A stretch of 32,000 nucleotides of DNA from Candidatus Paracaedimonas acanthamoebae. GTDB lineage: Bacteria > Pseudomonadota > Alphaproteobacteria > Caedimonadales > Caedimonadaceae. This document shows positions 26,913 through 32,000 of this stretch, one piece after another (positions within the stretch are counted from its first letter, which is position 1; every line of letters begins with the position of its first letter). The position numbers and the translations under genes were made by a program. The notes under the pieces are model-generated. The model had not been told where the DNA came from, searched no databases, and saw nothing but the letters and a program-made list of their open reading frames with translations. Location of the stretch: positions 840,001 to 872,000 of the forward strand of contig CP008936.1 in NCBI GenBank assembly GCA_000743035.1, written 5' to 3'.

Positions 26913-27082
26913 ACTAAGTATATATTCAACACGTTTATTTATTTTTGTATTTAACTTAGTTTAAAGAAGTTAAATATCTGTTCTCGCCTCAAACCTTATA
27001 CTCATGTAAGTATAGCTATACTTAATCATTATAATAGTTTTAAACTATAGCTTGAGGACCTATGCTCTTAAAGCTGTTCTTA

Positions 27083-27517
27083 TTATTCTTCACTTTTAAT
27101 CCGTGTGAGAACAGTCTTAATCTCTAATTTCTTATTGGGGCCTTTAATGGACCAATCAACGTCTAAGCGTCGCTCAGACTGCACTGTAAAACGTCCAACA
27201 TAACGATCTGAACCGCAGTGATGCTCTACTTTCCAAAAACCTAAACGTAAATCTAGATCATGAAAATAGCGACGATTGTGAAATAAAACTTTAGCAACAG
27301 AGAGCGATGGAAAATGATAAATAAGATTTGACGTTGCAAGCCCATGATGCGTGCCAAAAGTTGTCTCCCCCTCTTCATGAGCGGCAAGGTTATTAAATTC
27401 ATCATCTATAAATGTTAAAAGCCCCTCAAAGTGCCCCAAGACTTGATGCTCAAGATCACGAATTTCTCGATTAATTTGCCACGAACCACGCAACCATTTC
27501 TTAAGATCAACTATCAT
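27083..27517 (-). CDS. DUF6314-like small protein (beta-barrel-type conserved hypothetical)
   Basis: 144 aa. The pattern W-x-I-x-R-x-I...F-x-G...EEG...FH-D-L-D-L...V-x-H-x-C-x-x-D-x-Y-x-G-x-F...W-x-I-x-GP-x-K matches my recollection of the DUF6314 family. Its ATG (27517) directly abuts the cdsA stop codon (27518-27520). Confidence 0.5.
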   Translation of the reverse strand: MIVDLKKWLRGSWQINREIRDLEHQVLGHFEGLLTFIDDEFNNLAAHEEGETTFGTHHGLATSNLIYHFPSLSVAKVLFHNRRYFHDLDLRLGFWKVEHHCGSDRYVGRFTVQSERRLDVDWSIKGPNKKLEIKTVLTRIKSEE

Positions 27518-28213
27518 TCACCAAAATAGCCTTATACAAAAATACCCAAAACCAATGGTAAGAATACTATCTAGCCTATCTAAAATTCCACCATGTCCTG
27601 GTATAATACGTCCAGAATCCTTAACGCCAAGTTTACGTTTAATCCAGGATTCAAAAAGATCACCAAGTTGAGAGATGATCGAAATAAGAATTGCATACCA
27701 AGGAAGTGTTTGGATATACGCAGAAGTATTCAACTGTGCAAAAATGGTTGCTACGCTTAAACACATCAGAATACCACCAATGGCTCCTGACCATGTTTTA
27801 TTGGGGCTAATCGTAGGAGCTAATTTGGGCCCCTTTAACCATCTGCCAAATAGATAAGCCCCTATATCAGTCGACCATACAAGCAAAAGCACTCCTACAA
27901 AAACATTGGCATTTTCATATAAAAGAGAACTCAACCCAACACTAGAACAAAGGATAAAAAAAATTCCAGGAATAAGCCAGATTAGCCTTAAAAACCAAAT
28001 GGACCGAGCAGAAAAAATAAGATATCCCCACTCAAGAAGTGCTCCTAAAAAAAAGATTCCTATATAAATATGCCCATAAGGATATCCCTGCAATAGTATA
28101 AAAATAGAGAATGAACCTAATATAAGAGTGGTTAAAGTTCTTTGTACAAAATTGCTCTTAAGCAGAGATTTTACCGAAGCGTCGTTCACGTTGTTGATAT
28201 TCCGAAATAGCAT
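27518..28213 (-). CDS. cdsA: Phosphatidate cytidylyltransferase (CDP-diglyceride synthase)
   Basis: It is a polytopic membrane protein with the signature SWIKRKLGVKDSGRIIPGHGGILDRLDS. As drawn, its start overlaps the uppS 3' end by 56 nt. I saw no alternative in-frame start near the uppS stop. Confidence 0.88.
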   Translation of the reverse strand: MLFRNINNVNDASVKSLLKSNFVQRTLTTLILGSFSIFILLQGYPYGHIYIGIFFLGALLEWGYLIFSARSIWFLRLIWLIPGIFFILCSSVGLSSLLYENANVFVGVLLLVWSTDIGAYLFGRWLKGPKLAPTISPNKTWSGAIGGILMCLSVATIFAQLNTSAYIQTLPWYAILISIISQLGDLFESWIKRKLGVKDSGRIIPGHGGILDRLDSILTIGFGYFCIRLFW

Positions 28214-28895
28214 TAATTAAATCTTCTTTTTTAAAATCTGGCCATTGTGTATCTAAAAATATCATCTCAGTATATGCCATTTGCCACAAGAGATAATTAC
28301 TAAGACGATATACGCCACTTGTGCGAATAAATAAATCTGGGTCAGGAAGCCCTTGGGTTAAAAAATGCTCAGCAAAAATTTTTTCATTTAAATCTTCAAG
28401 AATTAATTCCCCTTTTTTAACCTTCTCTGAAACCTGACGAGCTGCTTCAACTATCTCGGCTCTTGCCCCATAATTAAAGGCAATACAAAGCACTAGGCCT
28501 GTATTGTGGGCTGTTTTATTAACAGCCTTATCAATAGACTTTTTTAAGTCTGGCTCAATCCTATCGTAGAATCCAATAAATTTTAATTGAATATTTTTTT
28601 CAATAAGCTCATCAAGCCCTGTTTCTAAATGATGCCGTAGAAGAACCATGAGGCCTTTAACCTCTTCTTCTGGGCGATGCCAATTCTCTGTTGAAAAAGC
28701 ATAAACTGTCAAATACTGAATTCCTAATTCTACAGCTGCTTGAATCGTACGCTTTAATGCCTCAGCACCTTCATAGTGACCTTTTAGACGCTCAAGTCCT
28801 CGTGCTTTTGCCCAACGACCATTTCCATCCATTACTATTGCTATATGCCGTGGAAGGTTTGCATCTAATGAAGATGGGGTATTAGGAGAATACAA
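28158..28895 (-). CDS. uppS: Undecaprenyl diphosphate synthase (isoprenyl transferase)
   Basis: Motifs are HIAIVMDGNGRWA, YAFSTENW, RTSG..RLSNYLLWQ and the ERRFG C-terminus. Confidence 0.93.
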   Translation of the reverse strand: MYSPNTPSSLDANLPRHIAIVMDGNGRWAKARGLERLKGHYEGAEALKRTIQAAVELGIQYLTVYAFSTENWHRPEEEVKGLMVLLRHHLETGLDELIEKNIQLKFIGFYDRIEPDLKKSIDKAVNKTAHNTGLVLCIAFNYGARAEIVEAARQVSEKVKKGELILEDLNEKIFAEHFLTQGLPDPDLFIRTSGVYRLSNYLLWQMAYTEMIFLDTQWPDFKKEDLINAISEYQQRERRFGKISA

Positions 28896-28916
28896 TAATT
28901 GCCTCTATTGAGTCTA

Positions 28917-29474
28917 TTAGACCTGTAAAATGTCTTTTTCTTTTTGTTGTAATGCTTGATCAATTTTTTTAATAAAATCATCAGTAAGTTTTTGAATTTC
29001 ATCAGCGAAATGATGATGATCATCTTCTGAGATTTTACTTTCTTTCTCGAGTTTTTTTAATTCATCCATCCCATCGCGTCGCACTGCTCTCACTGCAATT
29101 TTTCCTTGTTCCGCATATTTAGCTGCAATTTTAGTAATTTCCTGACGTCGCTCGAGGCTTAAATCAGGCATAGGAATGCGAACCATTTGACCATCTGCGG
29201 AAGGATTTAGACCTAAACCCGCGTCTCTAATTGCTTTTTCAACTGCTTTTACAAGCTCTTTATCCCACACTTGAACAGTTAATAATCTAGCCTCAGGCGT
29301 GCTAATTGTACCGACCTGGGTCATTGGCATGCGGGATCCATAAGCATCCACCATAAGAGGTTCTAAAAGATGCGTTGAAGCTCTATTTGTGCGCAGACCA
29401 TTAAATTCTTTTGTAAGTGCATCCATGGCACCTTGCATACGTTTCTTAAGGCCATCAAGGTTAAATATGCTCAT
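28917..29474 (-). CDS. frr: Ribosome recycling factor
   Basis: From ATG 29474 the protein reads [33 protein letters not shown]...(186 aa), a typical RRF N-terminus and length. RBS GGGAGA lies upstream. The track's 225-aa version (to 29594) adds an implausible N-terminal extension overlapping pyrH. Confidence 0.93.
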   Translation of the reverse strand: MSIFNLDGLKKRMQGAMDALTKEFNGLRTNRASTHLLEPLMVDAYGSRMPMTQVGTISTPEARLLTVQVWDKELVKAVEKAIRDAGLGLNPSADGQMVRIPMPDLSLERRQEITKIAAKYAEQGKIAVRAVRRDGMDELKKLEKESKISEDDHHHFADEIQKLTDDFIKKIDQALQQKEKDILQV

Positions 29475-30246
29475 CTTTATAATATCTCCCTTGTAGAAAT
29501 TTTTGTTGATCTTCGTGATTAGAAATAGACGTAAAATTGCCATTCCCTTGAGAGGCTTTAATAAAACCATCCTCCTCTTGAATAGAAAAAACAATTAAAG
29601 GAAGGTGATTCTCTCTCGCCAAGGCAACAGCAGCCATATCCATAACTCTCAGATTCTCCGAAAGTACTTGTAAATAGCCTAGGTGCTCAAACCGTTTTGC
29701 TGTTTTGTCTTTGGTTGGGTCAGATGAATAAACACCATCAACCTTTGTTCCCTTCATCAAAACATCACATTCCATTTCATTTGCTCGCAAAACCGCTGCG
29801 GTATCAGTGGTAAAAAATGGATTCCCAGAACCAGCTGCAAATATTACAACACGCCCTTTTTCTAAATGAAATATCGCTTTGCGGCGAATATAGCTCTCAC
29901 AGACAGTCTCCATAGGAATTGCTGACTGTACGCGAGCTTCTATATTATGTTTTTCCAACGCATTTTGAAGAGCTAAAGCATTTATAACTGTGGCAAGCAT
30001 CCCCATGTAATCTGAAGTTGAACGATCAATCCCTTGAGCCTCACCGTTCACTCCTCTAAAGATATTACCCCCTCCAATAACAATGCACACTTGGCACCCT
30101 GCAACATGAACACTTTGTATTTCTGCAGCAATCCTATCGACTGTTTTAGGGTCAAGCCCATAACTCGCCTCCCCCATGAGGGCCTCGCCAGAAAGTTTAA
30201 GCAGAATACGCTTAAACGGTTTGGTGGGATGAGTCGCGCTTTCCAT
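29461..30246 (-). CDS. pyrH: UMP kinase
   Basis: The sequence is [15 protein letters not shown]...[11 protein letters not shown]...DGVYSSDP. I prefer ATG 30246 ([21 protein letters not shown]) over 30270. The C-terminus carries a ~20-aa extension that overlaps the frr start by 14 nt. Confidence 0.92.
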   Translation of the reverse strand: MESATHPTKPFKRILLKLSGEALMGEASYGLDPKTVDRIAAEIQSVHVAGCQVCIVIGGGNIFRGVNGEAQGIDRSTSDYMGMLATVINALALQNALEKHNIEARVQSAIPMETVCESYIRRKAIFHLEKGRVVIFAAGSGNPFFTTDTAAVLRANEMECDVLMKGTKVDGVYSSDPTKDKTAKRFEHLGYLQVLSENLRVMDMAAVALARENHLPLIVFSIQEEDGFIKASQGNGNFTSISNHEDQQKFLQGRYYKDEHI

Positions 30247-30331
30247 TGAGTAACCAATCCTATATCTCAATAAAGAATATATTAAAAAATCATCTTAAGG
30301 ATCAACCAAGAATCCTTAAGATGATTGTCTC

Positions 30332-31261
30332 TTACTTCCCAAGTTGCTGAGCTACTTCTGCTGCAAAATCAGAAACTTCTTTTTCAATACCTTCACCAAG
30401 CTTAAAAAGAGCAAATCCTTTTAAGTTCACTGGGGCACCAACTTCTTTTGCTGCATCCGTAATTACTTGAGAAACCTTACGTTTTGTATCATCAATTAAA
30501 TAAATTTGCTCAACTAGCACTGATTCTTCATAGAATTTACGAAGGCGCCCTTCAATCATTTTTTCAATAAATTCTTCTTTCTTGCCAGACTCTCGAGCTT
30601 GTTCTGCAAATATCTTACGTTCACGATCAATAGCACTTGGATCCAGATCAGCAATAGTACAAGCTTGAGGGTTTGCTGCAGCTGCATGCATTGCAATTTG
30701 TTTCCCTAAAGTTTCAAGCTTTGCTTTATCACCTGATGACTCAAGCGCAACCAAAACCCCTATTCTTCCTAACCCAGGTGCAATAGCACTATGTATGTAA
30801 CTCGTTACAATTCCTTGCTCAACTTTCAAACTTTTTAAACGCCTTACTTCCATATTTTCACCAATAACAGAAATAAGATTCGTTAATTCTTCAGCAATGC
30901 TTCGTCCTGTTTCTGGATAAGGTGTATTCTTAAAAGCGTCTAAATCAGAATTAGCCTTAAGTGCCAAATCTGCAACTGTTCTAACATACTCTTGGAATTT
31001 TTCATTTCGAGCAACGAAGTCAGTCTCAGCGTTTACTTCAACAACAGCGCCTACAGTACCTGTCGTAACAGCCCCTACAAGTCCTTCAGCAGCTGTGCGT
31101 CCTGCTTTCTTAGCAGCAGCTGCTAATCCTTTAGCTCTTAACCAGTCAACAGCCGCTTCCATATCGCCCTTTGTTTCGGTAAGAGCTTTTTTACAATCCA
31201 TCATTCCAGCGCCTGTTCGCTCACGAAGCTCCTTTACAGCGCTTGCAGAAATTTCTGTCAT
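30332..31261 (-). CDS. tsf: Elongation factor Ts
   Basis: The N-terminus reads ISASAVKELRERTGAGMMDCKKAL. It is 309 aa and shows the conserved rpsB-tsf linkage. Confidence 0.95.
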   Translation of the reverse strand: MTEISASAVKELRERTGAGMMDCKKALTETKGDMEAAVDWLRAKGLAAAAKKAGRTAAEGLVGAVTTGTVGAVVEVNAETDFVARNEKFQEYVRTVADLALKANSDLDAFKNTPYPETGRSIAEELTNLISVIGENMEVRRLKSLKVEQGIVTSYIHSAIAPGLGRIGVLVALESSGDKAKLETLGKQIAMHAAAANPQACTIADLDPSAIDRERKIFAEQARESGKKEEFIEKMIEGRLRKFYEESVLVEQIYLIDDTKRKVSQVITDAAKEVGAPVNLKGFALFKLGEGIEKEVSDFAAEVAQQLGK

Positions 31262-31291
31262 AATTATTTCCCTAATTAAAAAATAAAATTA

Positions 31292-32000
31292 CTATTCTTG
31301 AGCTACAGTTTGTTCAGAAGCAGAACTTTCTTCAAAAACATTCTCTTGAACCTCTGGCACTCCTTGCTCTACTTCATTTGGAAGACGAGAAGCACTCCCC
31401 AAATCTACTCCTGCTGCACGTAATTGATATTGTAATCCATCAAGAATTGCCGTGGAGGCGACTCTACAATAAAATTCAATTGAACGAATGGCATCATCGT
31501 TCCCGGGGATCGGATAATCTACGCCTTCAGGATCCGCATTACTATCTAGAATAGCAATAACAGGTATACCTAATCTGTTTGCCTCATTAATTGCTATACG
31601 ATCATTAAGACTATCCATAACAAACATAATATCAGGTAAGCCTGGCATTTCCTTGATTCCACCCAAGGACATTTCAAGCTTATCTTTTTCTCTTGTAAGC
31701 TTAAGCAACTCTTTCTTGGTCAACCCTAAGTGTTCTTGTCCTAAAAATTCTTCTAGTTCTTTTAAACGCCTGATAGATTGTGAAATAGTTTTCCAATTGG
31801 TTAGCATGCCTCCAAGCCAACGATGATTAATATAATACTGACCGCAGTGCTTAGCGGCTTCAGCCACAACTTCAGAAGCTTGCCGTTTTGTCCCTACAAA
31901 TAAAACTCTTCCGCCACTAACAACAACATCTCTTAACGCTGTAAGAGCTTGATGCATAAGAGGCACAGTCTTCTCTAAATTAATAATATGTACACTATTA
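31292..32000 (-). CDS. rpsB: 30S ribosomal protein S2 (5' end lies beyond the window)
   Basis: The reading frame stays open past the track's Met at 31966. 31967-32000 reads ...[13 protein letters not shown], which matches the conserved IHIIDLxKT region of S2. It has LFVGTKRQA and an acidic C-terminal tail. Confidence 0.93.
   Translation of the reverse strand, partial: NSVHIINLEKTVPLMHQALTALRDVVVSGGRVLFVGTKRQASEVVAEAAKHCGQYYINHRWLGGMLTNWKTISQSIRRLKELEEFLGQEHLGLTKKELLKLTREKDKLEMSLGGIKEMPGLPDIMFVMDSLNDRIAINEANRLGIPVIAILDSNADPEGVDYPIPGNDDAIRSIEFYCRVASTAILDGLQYQLRAAGVDLGSASRLPNEVEQGVPEVQENVFEESSASEQTVAQE

Noticed and set aside
25761-27003. A 9-nt repeat CTTATACTC (25761-25769 and 26995-27003) as a possible insertion boundary for tRNA-Ser(GCU) plus the 254-aa ORF.
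   Set aside because: It is too short to be significant in 32 kb of AT-rich DNA.
27675-28885. Track ORFs 27675-27857(+) and 28691-28885(+).
   Set aside because: They are antisense to cdsA and uppS.
29475-29594. N-terminal 40-aa extension of frr in the track ORF (start 29594).
   Set aside because: It overlaps the pyrH coding region. The conserved RRF N-terminus begins at Met41 (ATG 29474), which has its own RBS.
30034-31286. Track ORFs 30034-30249(+), 30048-30257(-) and 31095-31286(+).
   Set aside because: They are alternative-frame or antisense ORFs within pyrH and tsf.
1-32000. CRISPR arrays, prophage or integrase genes, and toxin-antitoxin pairs.
   Set aside because: I saw no regularly spaced direct repeats, no integrase or recombinase-like ORF, and no adjacent small-gene pairs with TA-like features anywhere in the window.

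Overview
The window looks like an AT-rich chromosomal segment, probably from an alphaproteobacterium and possibly an intracellular or reduced lineage. That inference rests on gene content and order: an ATM1-type ABC exporter, a long class II RNR, and TIGR02300-cmk-rpsA. About 85% is tightly packed housekeeping DNA. In order it holds a polyamine ABC importer (partial permease plus ATPase), an MFS exporter, an ATM1-like ABC exporter, B12-dependent ribonucleotide reductase nrdJ with candidate tandem NrdR boxes, and an orphan secreted protein. Next come LOG-kdsB, SRP RNA (ffs), ruvX, DUF167, tRNA-Thr, a mazG-like/znuB/znuC/GT4 operon, tRNA-Gln, a TIGR02300 zinc-ribbon protein, cmk, rpsA, PBP1A, and prfB with its canonical +1 frameshift. 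The window ends with the conserved rpsB-tsf-pyrH-frr-uppS-cdsA cluster on the minus strand.

The only clearly non-core stretch is about 23.2-27.1 kb, organised around two tRNA-Ser genes. It holds a possible Nudix gene stub, a 353-aa orphan with an internal domain duplication, and about 1.1-1.3 kb of strongly pyrimidine-skewed sequence with no ORF of 60 aa or more. That skewed sequence carries frame-interrupted coding remnants, including a possible IS630/Tc1-like DDE relic. After the second tRNA-Ser comes a very AT-rich 254-aa orphan.

I see no CRISPR array, no intact mobile element, and no convincing multi-gene novel system. The tRNA-Ser-associated variable locus and the two or three orphan proteins are the best candidates for follow-up. 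All homology statements come from motif recognition by eye, not from searches.
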